Made by a program: the position numbers and the translations under genes
Shown: in pieces, positions 1 to 9,733 of the stretch
How the letters are laid out: each line of letters begins with the position of its first letter
How positions within the stretch are numbered: the stretch's first letter is position 1
The notes under the pieces: generated by a model
What the model saw: the letters and a program-made list of their open reading frames with translations, nothing else
Databases searched by the model: none
What the model was told of the DNA's origin: nothing
Virus record (IMG/VR): IMGVR_UViG_3300037805_000644
Span: 62,001-126,000 of that record
DNA: 64,000 nucleotides
Direction: 5' to 3' (one strand)

Positions 1-1
1 C

Positions 2-1228
2 CAGGGCATCCCACTGAGTCACACCCGAGGTGCAATCCAGTTCCCTGATGCGGAGCATCAGGCCAACATCGTTGGCGGCGGGCAGCCGCTCACCTGGCGT
101 GGCGTGGACCACCCATTTCCCCAGGTCTGAGACGACGAGGACATGGTGTGGTCCTGGAAGCTCTGCACGGAAATGATCCGTGGAATACGGGATGGGGGTT
201 GGAGGTGCGTACTGGTACAGGAGCGGGTCGCCTGCATTCTCGCTGAAAGCATAGCCGGGATGCAGGCGAGCACCAAGGGGGTACTCCTCAGCCATCGGCC
301 AGAAATCACCCGTCAGGGCGGCTTTCGGGGGGAGGAAAGCGAACACCTTGTCGCCGGAGCCGGGCACGGGGGCCAGGCGGGCAGCCGCTGGCTTGATCAG
401 GGCAACCGCACGGATGACAGGGTTGGCACCGAAAGTGTAATAATCCGACAGCCGCTTCCCAGAGTCCAGGATCAGCGTATCGCCAGCGATATCCACCACC
501 CTGAAAATCTCGTACTTGGAGTTGCCGTCCTTGGGTGTGCCCGCATTGCGGGTGATCAGGTTGTCCTGACCCAAGGTGCCGTCACCTACCCCACCCCCCA
601 CAATCAGGGGGGTCTGTGTAACCAACTCACCCTCGGAGCCAGAGTCGAGAACATACAGATACAACCCCTCATTGGGGATAGCGGTGATCCCGTAAATGTC
701 TCCCACGGTGATGTAAGTCGGGGCCACGACCGTGTTGAAGGTTGAGTTGAAGGCCACCGTATCGATGGTCAGGGTGTCCTCGGAGGCACCGACGGTCACC
801 GACCATTGGTGATCCATGTTGGATTTGGTGGCCGTGTTGGTGCCTTTGAGTGTCGGGCCGACGAACTCAAAAGAGATGGGGTGGCCCAGCAAGGACGGGC
901 CATTGCGCCCACTCATCAGGGTGTGCTGATCGTAAGGCCGGAAGTTGATCTCCGGCCAACCATCATGCCCAAGCCGGTTGCGCTTGACCTGCACTGCGGG
1001 TGCAGCACCCGAGGCGACACTGCCGCCCGTAGATGCCGATTCCTCCAGAGCCCACTGGCCTGCCCAGGAACCCGCGAAACCTTTAAGGATCTCAGGGGCC
1101 TGGCTGGACTTGCCGGCGGGGACGGTCTGATAACGAGCAAAGGGCTCCTGCCACACCATCCGGTCATCGGAGGTGGCAGCGACCGCTGCATTGGCCTTGG
1201 CCAGCTTGTTCTTGGGGTCGATTGCCAT
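2..1228 (-). CDS. Large virion or tail-associated protein, 3'-truncated by the window edge (at least 409 aa; MAIDPKNKLAKANAAV...)
   Basis: Translated by hand; it is missing from the ORF track because it has no stop in the window. ATG at 1228 follows GGAGAG, and the frame is open to position 2. It is collinear with the upstream structural genes. Confidence 0.8.
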   Translation of the reverse strand, partial: MAIDPKNKLAKANAAVAATSDDRMVWQEPFARYQTVPAGKSSQAPEILKGFAGSWAGQWALEESASTGGSVASGAAPAVQVKRNRLGHDGWPEINFRPYDQHTLMSGRNGPSLLGHPISFEFVGPTLKGTNTATKSNMDHQWSVTVGASEDTLTIDTVAFNSTFNTVVAPTYITVGDIYGITAIPNEGLYLYVLDSGSEGELVTQTPLIVGGGVGDGTLGQDNLITRNAGTPKDGNSKYEIFRVVDIAGDTLILDSGKRLSDYYTFGANPVIRAVALIKPAAARLAPVPGSGDKVFAFLPPKAALTGDFWPMAEEYPLGARLHPGYAFSENAGDPLLYQYAPPTPIPYSTDHFRAELPGPHHVLVVSDLGKWVVHATPGERLPAANDVGLMLRIRELDCTSGVTQWDAL

Positions 1229-1284
1229 GTCTCAGTTCTCTCCGTGCCTCTTCACCGTCAGCACTATAGCCAGCTCACCGGCCC

Positions 1285-4200
1285 TCACACCTCTGAGAGG
1301 CGAAGGACCTCCATGCGAACCAGCCCGCGCCGACGACCAAGAGAGGTGCCGGGGGTCGCTGCACCGACGAACGTCGCGCCGTCGTGCTCATTTTCCAGGT
1401 TGTACAGGTCGCCGCCCGATGTTCCTCGCATCGTGACCTTGACCAGCACAGGGACCTCATTTGAGGGGGAGTCGCCGCCGTCGTAGTTTCCACCGATGGC
1501 ACCGACATTCTTGAACAAGTTCACTGCCGGTCCGACATTGCACTTGACCTGGCAGTAAACCATACCCGAGGCGTCATCCACCCCGTCAAAGGTCTTGGGG
1601 CCTGCAACCTGGCAGCCGCCACCATCCAGTGCCACATCCTGCTTGGAGGGGCCTGCGCCATCGGCACGCCCAACATCCATCCAGGTCGTCAGACCAGGAA
1701 CCTTGAGGAGCACTGAGACTCTACCGTCTTCTTGGCCACCAGGGCCTGGTGCGGCATAGGTGAGATCTCGAAGCTGCACACCCAGAAGCTTGAGGTAGAC
1801 GAACGGCTGCCCGTCCACACCCACCTCCGGGGAAGCATCCTTGCTGAACGCGGCATCAAAGGTGCGCAGGTATGTCAGCACGTCGTCCACTGCGGGGAAC
1901 GCTGAGTAATCCGGCTGGTTGCCCGTGAAGTCCGTGCCCCCGTCCGTGTTGCCCAGCGGACGGGTGAGCGGATCCCGCAGATCGTCCTGCGGGTACATGA
2001 GCAGACCTGAGGAGGGGAACCGGGCATCTGCCGCATCCGTGACCGGACCATTGATGTCGGGCAAACCCGACACCTGGAGACCCGAGTTCTCACTAAAGGT
2101 CTTGAGGATCAGGGTGTGCATCCCTGTCTGGAGCCAGGAGATGTCCTCCCAGCTTGTGTGGTTGCCAATACGCACAGGAATCTCGACGGGGCCTCCCGCC
2201 CAGGCACCCAGACCGGGACCCTCAAGGGCCGGGCCTGCGAGGGCAGAGCCATATAGTGGCGCCAAGTCAGTACCGCTGATGAAGCTGTTGACCCGGTAAG
2301 TCTCGTCGAGGAACGACTCAGTCGTATCCTTGGAGCTGGCAAACTGCTCAGCGAACCCGACCGAAGGGAAAGCACCCAGGTGGCCGGCTGCGGTGAAGTT
2401 GCCGAACAGGCCGATCTTGTTGACCTCATCCCACCGGGTGGTGTGAAGCAAAATGGTCTCACCGCTGGTCTTGGCCAAGGCCACACCATGTCCATCCACC
2501 GCCGTGTACGGCAGTGCCGATCCCAGAGCCGTCAGGTGCCCTAGAGGGCGGCGGAAGTACGCACGGACCCCCGCGTCCTTGGAGAACGCTGAGTCGCTGC
2601 TATCGCCTTCCAGCTCCCAAGCTGAGATCAGGCCGTAATTCAGAGGATCAACCTCTGCGGGCCCATTGGCTGCGTTGTACTGACCCGAGCCGTTCGAGCC
2701 CAGGTACGTGAACGGAAGCTCAAGGCGATGATGCCGGACGTTGCGGACCTCACCCTCACCCACACCGGGGACACCCAACGGGAGGGTGATGGAGAGGCCC
2801 GAGCCGTTGGAGGGGTGGGCGCCGTACCCGAAAGCCTCCAAGCCCAAGAACATGGGGTTGGGGCTAGAGATCAGAGCCGGCGCCGCACTGCCTCCCGTCA
2901 GGGAGTCCGAGTCCACCCGGTAACTGGCGTCCCAGAACCCATGAGGGGCGTCCGAGGACACCTCCAAGGTGTCAATGAAGAAGTTTCTAGCACCCGTGAA
3001 AATGTTCCTGGGCGTGAAGTACGCCACGCCCGAGATGAACGTGATGTGCTCTGTACCTGCGCCCACCGCATTGGTGACGGACCACTCGAATGCCGTGGTG
3101 AAGGCCGGCAGGGTTGTCGGGTCATTTGGGTCGAGGAGGAAAGACGCCCGGAGCGGGTGGTAGCTGTCAGCACCCATCCCATAGCTCGGTGCGGGCCCCG
3201 CAGGGGCAGCGACGGTTGAACTCGTCTCCTGGTTGACCAGGTTGGCCTGGGCCTCAAAGTCAGTTGTCGAGATCAGGCTGGATCCGTAAATCTCATAACC
3301 ATCCGTGGCGTCCCAGGGCATGACCCCGTCACGCACGAATGCCTCGAAATCCTGCTCGCGCTTGAAATGAACCAGCCAGTAAGACCCGATGTCCTCTTTC
3401 TCGCCCACAGCCGCTGCTGACGGCAGCATGAACATGTGCCGGAAACGGGCAATCTGCCAGGGCCAGAAATCCTCGGTGAAAGGGTTCTGGTAATGACCAG
3501 CAGTGTCCAGGGTCGCGGGTACGGCTGTACCGTCCCGGAACGTGCCCGCAGAGAAAGCTGCTGGAGTGAAATACCGCGCTTTCTCCCGAGTCACCGTCGG
3601 GTCGTTACCCTGAGGGGTCCACTTGAGCCCATCAGTGGTGTAATCCTTGAGATACGGCAGACGGTACTGGAAGAAACCAGGAGCCTCCCCGAGGTTCGTC
3701 AGGATGACGGTATCACCCAAGTCGTTGGCGTTCTGGCCCACCGTTGTCTCCCAGCCCTCGGAGGGGTTGGGGATGTACGCGAACTGGGAGCCGCCGAGGA
3801 TGGGGATGCCGTAAGGCATCGCGGGGAATGCATACGTGCTGTTGGTATCCGCAGCCGGGTCTGTGCCCAAACGGACCTGGCCTGCACCAGGGATCTCACT
3901 GTTGATGTGCCTGGCGCCATCGCCGAGCCCCGTGAAGTCATCGAAAGGCGCCTTGAGGGCGTTGCCGTCGATGCTGTCGATGCCGCGATGGATCTCAGTC
4001 AGGTTGTACTGACCACCTGCCTGGCTGGGGTAGCTGAACGGGTCGTACTTACCATCCGCGTCCAGGCCCGGGGCAAACATGCCACCTGCCTCTCCGTCAC
4101 AGACGTGGGCGCCGCACTGGTCGTTGTGGATGCACTTGTCCCCAAGAACCCCCTGCCCGAGCAAGAGAGCAGCCACGACACGCTCACCTGGATCAACGGC

Positions 4201-5091
4201 CAGGAAATCGGCGGGGGTTGCTGCCACGGCCCGAATGCCCGCAGGCCAATGGATGAGGGCGAGGACACCTCGGTCTGCTGGGAACACTGCCCCAGACACA
4301 ACCACCTCTTGCCGGACAGGGAGACCTGTCCCAGGGCCTGCTACGGCCAAGGCAGCGGGTCGGGTGCCTACCCGCAGAGTTTCGATGACCGGGTCATCTG
4401 CACCGATGCCGTCACGGGTGAACCCGCCGGCGAAGACCTGGCCTCCGCCAGACCCCGCGAGGGTGGAACCCGTGTTGAACAGCCAGTCGGTATCCGGGTC
4501 GAGCCCGGGATGGGCGATGAACCATGCGGTGGCGTCTGGGGCCGTGACCTCATCCCACTCGGGGTCCCGATTGTCGAGGGTGGGTGAGGGCGCTTCCCAG
4601 TAATAGGGGAACATGTCCGCACCGGCCGTCGTCGTGCTACCGATCAGGCTTCGGGTCTCTAGCTCACCATCACCCAGCTTAGCCCAACCCCAGTCGGGGA
4701 TGGCCGTGAAGTGGGTCCATGCCTGCCACTCACCAAGGAGCGGTGGGCGTGGCGGGACTCGGCCTGTCAGCTCATCGATAGCCGCCTCCACATTGGTGGC
4801 GTACAGCGGGAGCGTGGGGTGGCCGTCGAGCGAGATAGCACTCGCCTCGTGGGCATTGTTCGGGGCGTCCGTGTGGCTGAACAGGCTACCGCCTGTTGCT
4901 TCGATCATAGCACGGATGTAATCCGGCAGATCCCGAGCAGGGAGGCCGGGGCCAGTCCACCCAGCGGTGCCCACCAGCTCCCCAGGGCCAACCATTCCGG
5001 TGCCGCTCAGTACGACCTTATTTGTCCAGGAGGCCGGGGCTTTCTTACCAGGTCCGGTCCTGAGATCAGCCGGGTTCTTGCTTACAGGCAT
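1285..5091 (-). CDS. Putative tail fibre or baseplate-associated structural protein (1268 aa)
   Basis: Long Gly/Pro/Asp-rich ORF. The N-terminal AHEASAISL...TNVEAAIDEL motif resembles trimerisation repeats of phage fibres. It overlaps the upstream gene by 10 bp. Confidence 0.7.
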   Translation of the reverse strand: MPVSKNPADLRTGPGKKAPASWTNKVVLSGTGMVGPGELVGTAGWTGPGLPARDLPDYIRAMIEATGGSLFSHTDAPNNAHEASAISLDGHPTLPLYATNVEAAIDELTGRVPPRPPLLGEWQAWTHFTAIPDWGWAKLGDGELETRSLIGSTTTAGADMFPYYWEAPSPTLDNRDPEWDEVTAPDATAWFIAHPGLDPDTDWLFNTGSTLAGSGGGQVFAGGFTRDGIGADDPVIETLRVGTRPAALAVAGPGTGLPVRQEVVVSGAVFPADRGVLALIHWPAGIRAVAATPADFLAVDPGERVVAALLLGQGVLGDKCIHNDQCGAHVCDGEAGGMFAPGLDADGKYDPFSYPSQAGGQYNLTEIHRGIDSIDGNALKAPFDDFTGLGDGARHINSEIPGAGQVRLGTDPAADTNSTYAFPAMPYGIPILGGSQFAYIPNPSEGWETTVGQNANDLGDTVILTNLGEAPGFFQYRLPYLKDYTTDGLKWTPQGNDPTVTREKARYFTPAAFSAGTFRDGTAVPATLDTAGHYQNPFTEDFWPWQIARFRHMFMLPSAAAVGEKEDIGSYWLVHFKREQDFEAFVRDGVMPWDATDGYEIYGSSLISTTDFEAQANLVNQETSSTVAAPAGPAPSYGMGADSYHPLRASFLLDPNDPTTLPAFTTAFEWSVTNAVGAGTEHITFISGVAYFTPRNIFTGARNFFIDTLEVSSDAPHGFWDASYRVDSDSLTGGSAAPALISSPNPMFLGLEAFGYGAHPSNGSGLSITLPLGVPGVGEGEVRNVRHHRLELPFTYLGSNGSGQYNAANGPAEVDPLNYGLISAWELEGDSSDSAFSKDAGVRAYFRRPLGHLTALGSALPYTAVDGHGVALAKTSGETILLHTTRWDEVNKIGLFGNFTAAGHLGAFPSVGFAEQFASSKDTTESFLDETYRVNSFISGTDLAPLYGSALAGPALEGPGLGAWAGGPVEIPVRIGNHTSWEDISWLQTGMHTLILKTFSENSGLQVSGLPDINGPVTDAADARFPSSGLLMYPQDDLRDPLTRPLGNTDGGTDFTGNQPDYSAFPAVDDVLTYLRTFDAAFSKDASPEVGVDGQPFVYLKLLGVQLRDLTYAAPGPGGQEDGRVSVLLKVPGLTTWMDVGRADGAGPSKQDVALDGGGCQVAGPKTFDGVDDASGMVYCQVKCNVGPAVNLFKNVGAIGGNYDGGDSPSNEVPVLVKVTMRGTSGGDLYNLENEHDGATFVGAATPGTSLGRRRGLVRMEVLRLSEV

Positions 5092-8000
5092 GTGCGGTCT
5101 CCCACCGTGAGCAGCAGGTTCCTCGTGCGGTACACAGCCGCCAGAGTGCGGTTGGCCCCCGTATCATCGAGGAAACGGACGTTGTTCTCATCATCCAGCT
5201 CAGCGAACCGAGTCAAGACCACGAGCACCAACTCCGACTTACGGAACAGAATGCCCCCGGCGACACCGGTCACATCCTCAACGGCCCGCACCAACATGGG
5301 TGCCATGACCTTGTGCCGGGTCGCCCCATGGAGCGGCTGGCTGAGGATGGTGGGCCGGTATGAGGACACATCGGCGTAAGGGTAAAAAGCTCGGAACTCA
5401 GCGTCCTTACGTGGCTTCTCGTCATTACCAGCCCCGCCGAAGCTGAGGATGTTCTGGACATCCCCCTGGACGAAGGGGTGGAGGGCAAGGAGGCCCGTGC
5501 TGGCGTTGAAGTCGTCAATGGCAACCATCGCCGAAGCGGCAAAGTACCACTCACGGACGGTGCCCGCTTGCTGGTTGATGTTGCCGGGATCAAGCGGAGT
5601 CCCATCATTGATGGGGATCTGGTCGAGCGGGACCGCATAAGGGAAGCCGTTGTGGCTCGCACCCACACCCACCTGCCCAGTCCATACATTTGGGCTCATG
5701 AGAAGGGGCTCGACCTGGAGCGTCGTCGGAAGGACGCCGTCCCCAGTGTTGCCGATGTCGCCTTCCTTGACGCCTGCCGTCTGGGGGGCGTTGGTGCGGA
5801 AATAAACGCCCACCTGGTAACCACCACCACTGACGCCGTAGTTGGGGACCGGGTCCTGAGCGAAATACTGGATGTCACACAGAGTCTGCCCGTTGCCGGA
5901 GAGCCCACTGTCCAAAACCACCAGCCGGCTGGAGCTGCCGAATTCCGTCAGGGTGTCGTCCACTGCCTGGGCTGCGGGAACCACCGCATCCACTACAGCC
6001 GTCTGGTTGGCCATCGGCCCCGCAGAGGTGCCGAAGACACGACGAGGGAACCGAAGGTTGAGGCGGTCCATGCTGACAAGCTGCTCGCCGGTGACTCCGC
6101 CGATGGGTGTCCCTGCCGCAGGGACACCATGAGCCACCGTGTCGTTGGCCACATATTCGACCTGGGTCTCGCGGTAACCGTTGCGGAACCGAGGGGCCAG
6201 AAGGCTCTCAAAGTCCGCCGGGCGCTGGCTCGTGGTTGTCTCGATGATGGGCCCTGGCCCCTGACCTGTGCCGTCGTAGACCACGGCTGATGGGGTCACC
6301 TCATGATCCGGGGTGTCTGTCAGACCAACCCCGATGGGGTACGTGATCTCCACCTCCACGAACACTCGCCGCTGAGAACCGAAATGCTCAGCCAGTGAGG
6401 GGACCTGGGCCAGGGTCGTGATGGAGGCTGTGAGATCGTTGGGCTCCGCCGTGAGGGAGTCCGCCACAATGAGCGTCAAGGTGCCTGCCGCTACGCCACC
6501 CACACCGATGGTGTACGTGCCGTTGTTGGCCGGGTTGGTGGCGGAGGCGATGACAAGCTGCATCCCATCGACGAAACCGTCCGCGATGAAGTTACCTGCA
6601 TCGTTTCGGGTGATGGTGTCGGGGTTGGTATCCGCAAACGTGAAGTCTGTCCCTGCGGGGAGGGACAACACCAAATCGCTACCGACCATGACCTGATCGG
6701 GGTTACCTGAGTCACCACCGTTGACCGCTTGCCCGTTACCGTCGAGGGTGATCTCCACCTTCTGGGTGCCGAGGCCCAAGATGGTCTTGGCCTGAACATC
6801 CTGAATGACCGCTGTCGTGTAGTGGCCGTCATCGTGCCACATCCCGAGGATGTCGGTGATGACGGTGCCTGGCGGAGCGAAATCAGTGAAGTTCGAGGCT
6901 GGGAGACCCGCCGCCGAAGGGCCGTCTCCGTCAAGTCCCTGCCAGATCCCACCAAGGGTGGAGGCATCAAACTCTTCCAGATCGAGAACCAGGACATCAT
7001 CCTCATACCAGGCATCCGTATCTACGGGGGTGCCAGGGATGTCCTCATGCTTAGTGGTGTACTTGCCCAGGTTCTCCAGGCCAGGTGCCACCGGGCCGCC
7101 CTGGGTGATGCCGTCCGGTCGGTCACCGGGGTAAAAGGCCACCACCATACGCTCCACGACCGGCTGGTCACCAAAACGGCGAGCAACGTGATCGAAGTTG
7201 CGGACAAAGGTGCCTCGGTCCGTATCACCAGAGAAGGGGGCGTTGCCGCCCTGGGCCAGCGAGCGGCCGATCTCGTTGCACACCAGGAAACGGGTGCTCA
7301 CATCACCGGAATCACCACCAAGGGTCTGCTTGTCTGCGGCATCCACCGACCAGCTCCGCAGGGAGCCGTCAAACAGGCTTTGCATCTGGTACTGGAGTTC
7401 AGCAGCCAGATCCATGCCTGGGAATACCACATGGCGACGGAGGTCCAGCAGGTTCTCCTGAGTGATGACATCGCAGAAATGACCGTCGGGTCGATCCGAC
7501 TCACCAGCAGCAATGACACCGAGCGGGCCGTTGTACCCGGCATGATCGTAGGTGGGTGCGCCGTTGGCGTTGTTGACCGGGTCGAAACCTTTGAACCCCG
7601 CCAGAGAGTCCGAGACGTTGTTGTGCCGGTGGACGAAACACACCGGGATGGCGTAAACGAAACCGTCTACCGCGCCCAGGGCCTGAGCGGCGGCCTCGGA
7701 GCCGTCACCCGCAATCCAGAGACCATCGTCCACGATCTCGAATACCGAAGCATCCGAGTCGAGCCAGGTCGCCACACCGTCCGCCTTGACAAAGGGGTAA
7801 GACAGGGTGTCGCCGTTGGCGTTACCCGCATAGACCCCCATATCCCGGTTACCTTGGCCAAAGATGGAGGCGTCGTTGGGACCACCGCCAGACCGAAGAC
7901 TGCTGAACCCATCAGGGTGCTTCTTGTAGCCGACCTGCTCAGTCACATCCGTTGCACGGATGCGGTACTGGAGCTGGATACGTTGGCTACTCTCGGCGTC

Positions 8001-9014
8001 GATGATCGGGTCAACAAGCTCATCATCCAACCACACGAGGCTGGGGCTCAACACGTTGCCGTGGCGGAAAAGCTTGTCTTGCTCGGAGGGCTTGTTGGGG
8101 CGGTCGGAACCCCCCACCAAGTTCGGGCCAGAGGCGAGCATGGCGCCAATGGTGGCCACCGTAACACTCAACGTGATGTAGTTGCCCGTCAGTGGCGGCC
8201 CAAGAGGGTCCCCGTCACCAACATCAACCGACTTGATGGTCACGATGTCCACAGCAGAGGTGGCAGACACCACCGCTGCGAAGCTGTTGGCAATGGCGTT
8301 GAGCGCGATGGCGATGTTTGAGGCCGTGGTGGCCTCGTTGGCGCCGATCTGGAACTCGTCTACTGCGGGGGCTCCTGCAACTGCCGTCAGAGGTGTGCCG
8401 TTGATGTCGATGGTGTCACCGACATTGAGGTCAGCGTTGGACACGATCTGCACGAACCCACTGGCTCGGGGGCTCGGGGCCACAAGGGCCTTCCAGACCT
8501 CCAAGAACACGAAATCAGTACGCTTCACCGTGGTGTTGGTGCCGTCGTAGATCGTGGCGTCCGAGAGACCGACAAGGTTGTAGCCCTTGGTCCCCGTATT
8601 CGTGTACTCAACCACTACGGGCCTGCCCGCCACATGGGCAACCAGCCGGGGAAGAACGAGACTGCTGACGAGGGTGTCATCTGCATGAACGAGGTCACCC
8701 CCGTTGTCGTCAGTGACCCCGCCAGGGGCGGTTCCCAAGGAGTAATCGCAGTACCCGTCAAGGTGCGTACGCCCTCGGACCCAGCCGGAGGGGGCCTGCT
8801 GCTGACGCAACAGGTAACTCTCCATGAACTGGGCATCTGAGTGCAGATTCAGCTCAGCGTCCAGCACCGGCTTCCCTGACTCAGACACGATCCCCGTGAA
8901 AGCCCGATCTCCCGTCTTGGCGTGCCGAGACACGGTGTTGGGAACCTGGAGATCAGCCGGCGTGGGGGCCACCTGGAGTCCAGGGAAGTGCTTGTTGTGA
9001 TCCTTCAAAGCCAT
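5082..9014 (-). CDS. Putative tail fibre or baseplate-attachment protein (1310 aa)
   Basis: The N-terminal GKPVLDAELN motif is typical of fibre and baseplate anchor domains. It has two apparent inserted beta modules and lies directly after the tail-collar-like gene. Confidence 0.7.
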   Translation of the reverse strand: MALKDHNKHFPGLQVAPTPADLQVPNTVSRHAKTGDRAFTGIVSESGKPVLDAELNLHSDAQFMESYLLRQQQAPSGWVRGRTHLDGYCDYSLGTAPGGVTDDNGGDLVHADDTLVSSLVLPRLVAHVAGRPVVVEYTNTGTKGYNLVGLSDATIYDGTNTTVKRTDFVFLEVWKALVAPSPRASGFVQIVSNADLNVGDTIDINGTPLTAVAGAPAVDEFQIGANEATTASNIAIALNAIANSFAAVVSATSAVDIVTIKSVDVGDGDPLGPPLTGNYITLSVTVATIGAMLASGPNLVGGSDRPNKPSEQDKLFRHGNVLSPSLVWLDDELVDPIIDAESSQRIQLQYRIRATDVTEQVGYKKHPDGFSSLRSGGGPNDASIFGQGNRDMGVYAGNANGDTLSYPFVKADGVATWLDSDASVFEIVDDGLWIAGDGSEAAAQALGAVDGFVYAIPVCFVHRHNNVSDSLAGFKGFDPVNNANGAPTYDHAGYNGPLGVIAAGESDRPDGHFCDVITQENLLDLRRHVVFPGMDLAAELQYQMQSLFDGSLRSWSVDAADKQTLGGDSGDVSTRFLVCNEIGRSLAQGGNAPFSGDTDRGTFVRNFDHVARRFGDQPVVERMVVAFYPGDRPDGITQGGPVAPGLENLGKYTTKHEDIPGTPVDTDAWYEDDVLVLDLEEFDASTLGGIWQGLDGDGPSAAGLPASNFTDFAPPGTVITDILGMWHDDGHYTTAVIQDVQAKTILGLGTQKVEITLDGNGQAVNGGDSGNPDQVMVGSDLVLSLPAGTDFTFADTNPDTITRNDAGNFIADGFVDGMQLVIASATNPANNGTYTIGVGGVAAGTLTLIVADSLTAEPNDLTASITTLAQVPSLAEHFGSQRRVFVEVEITYPIGVGLTDTPDHEVTPSAVVYDGTGQGPGPIIETTTSQRPADFESLLAPRFRNGYRETQVEYVANDTVAHGVPAAGTPIGGVTGEQLVSMDRLNLRFPRRVFGTSAGPMANQTAVVDAVVPAAQAVDDTLTEFGSSSRLVVLDSGLSGNGQTLCDIQYFAQDPVPNYGVSGGGYQVGVYFRTNAPQTAGVKEGDIGNTGDGVLPTTLQVEPLLMSPNVWTGQVGVGASHNGFPYAVPLDQIPINDGTPLDPGNINQQAGTVREWYFAASAMVAIDDFNASTGLLALHPFVQGDVQNILSFGGAGNDEKPRKDAEFRAFYPYADVSSYRPTILSQPLHGATRHKVMAPMLVRAVEDVTGVAGGILFRKSELVLVVLTRFAELDDENNVRFLDDTGANRTLAAVYRTRNLLLTVGDRTCL

Positions 9015-9025
9015 CCGTCAAGTCC

Positions 9026-9718
9026 TTAGAACGTGAGCCGCCAGGTGATAGAGAGCACCGCCGTGGCAGGCTTGGTCACGACGGAGAACGTCAGGTAGTT
9101 GACCATGAGGTCGAAGCCACTCACATCAATGGACGAATCGTAGTTGGTCGGTCCATTGTTGATCGGGTTCGTAACCGTCGGGTTCAGTGACGCCGTGCTC
9201 ATCAGCCCCATCTCATTGAGGGGGCCAACCGCTTCGGACTCTCCGTAAGTGGTTGTGAAGTCCACGATGTTGGTGGGGTACGAGACTGCCACCCCAGATC
9301 CGTTTCGGAACGTGGTCGAGGCAAACGTCTTGCGTGCGATCTCATTGTTCAGCTTGCGCTGACCAGCCTGAGGGGCATCGGGGGATAGCAAGTTGCCTGT
9401 CGCCCCCGTGCCCACTGCCAGCATTGTCACGCCGTTGCTCTGGATGGCACTGGGGTCGAGGGAGTTACGGAACAGCCGTGCCGCCAAGATCCCTGCATCA
9501 TAGGTGATGATGTTGTCCAATTCCTCATGATGCAGGATCTCGCCCGTCTGGGCGTCCCGCATGTCGATGATGAACCGGCCCTTGGCCTTCCCCACAAGCC
9601 CGACAGCATCGGAGTGGTTGAGCCCGAGCCCAAGTTTCACTGCCGAGCGGGTCCTGTTGAGCTTTTCCTGGTGGATGGACATGTACGAGCCTCGCAGTTT
9701 CTTCTTCTGGCGGCCCAT
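9026..9718 (-). CDS. Tail-collar or fibre-attachment protein (P2 gpH N-terminal-like, 230 aa)
   Basis: Motif series NIITYDAG...LAVGTG...KLNNEIARK...FTTTYGESEAVGPLNEMGL...LSITWRLTF; GAGAGG RBS. Confidence 0.75.
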   Translation of the reverse strand: MGRQKKKLRGSYMSIHQEKLNRTRSAVKLGLGLNHSDAVGLVGKAKGRFIIDMRDAQTGEILHHEELDNIITYDAGILAARLFRNSLDPSAIQSNGVTMLAVGTGATGNLLSPDAPQAGQRKLNNEIARKTFASTTFRNGSGVAVSYPTNIVDFTTTYGESEAVGPLNEMGLMSTASLNPTVTNPINNGPTNYDSSIDVSGFDLMVNYLTFSVVTKPATAVLSITWRLTF

Positions 9719-9733
9719 AGCCTCTCTACCGGA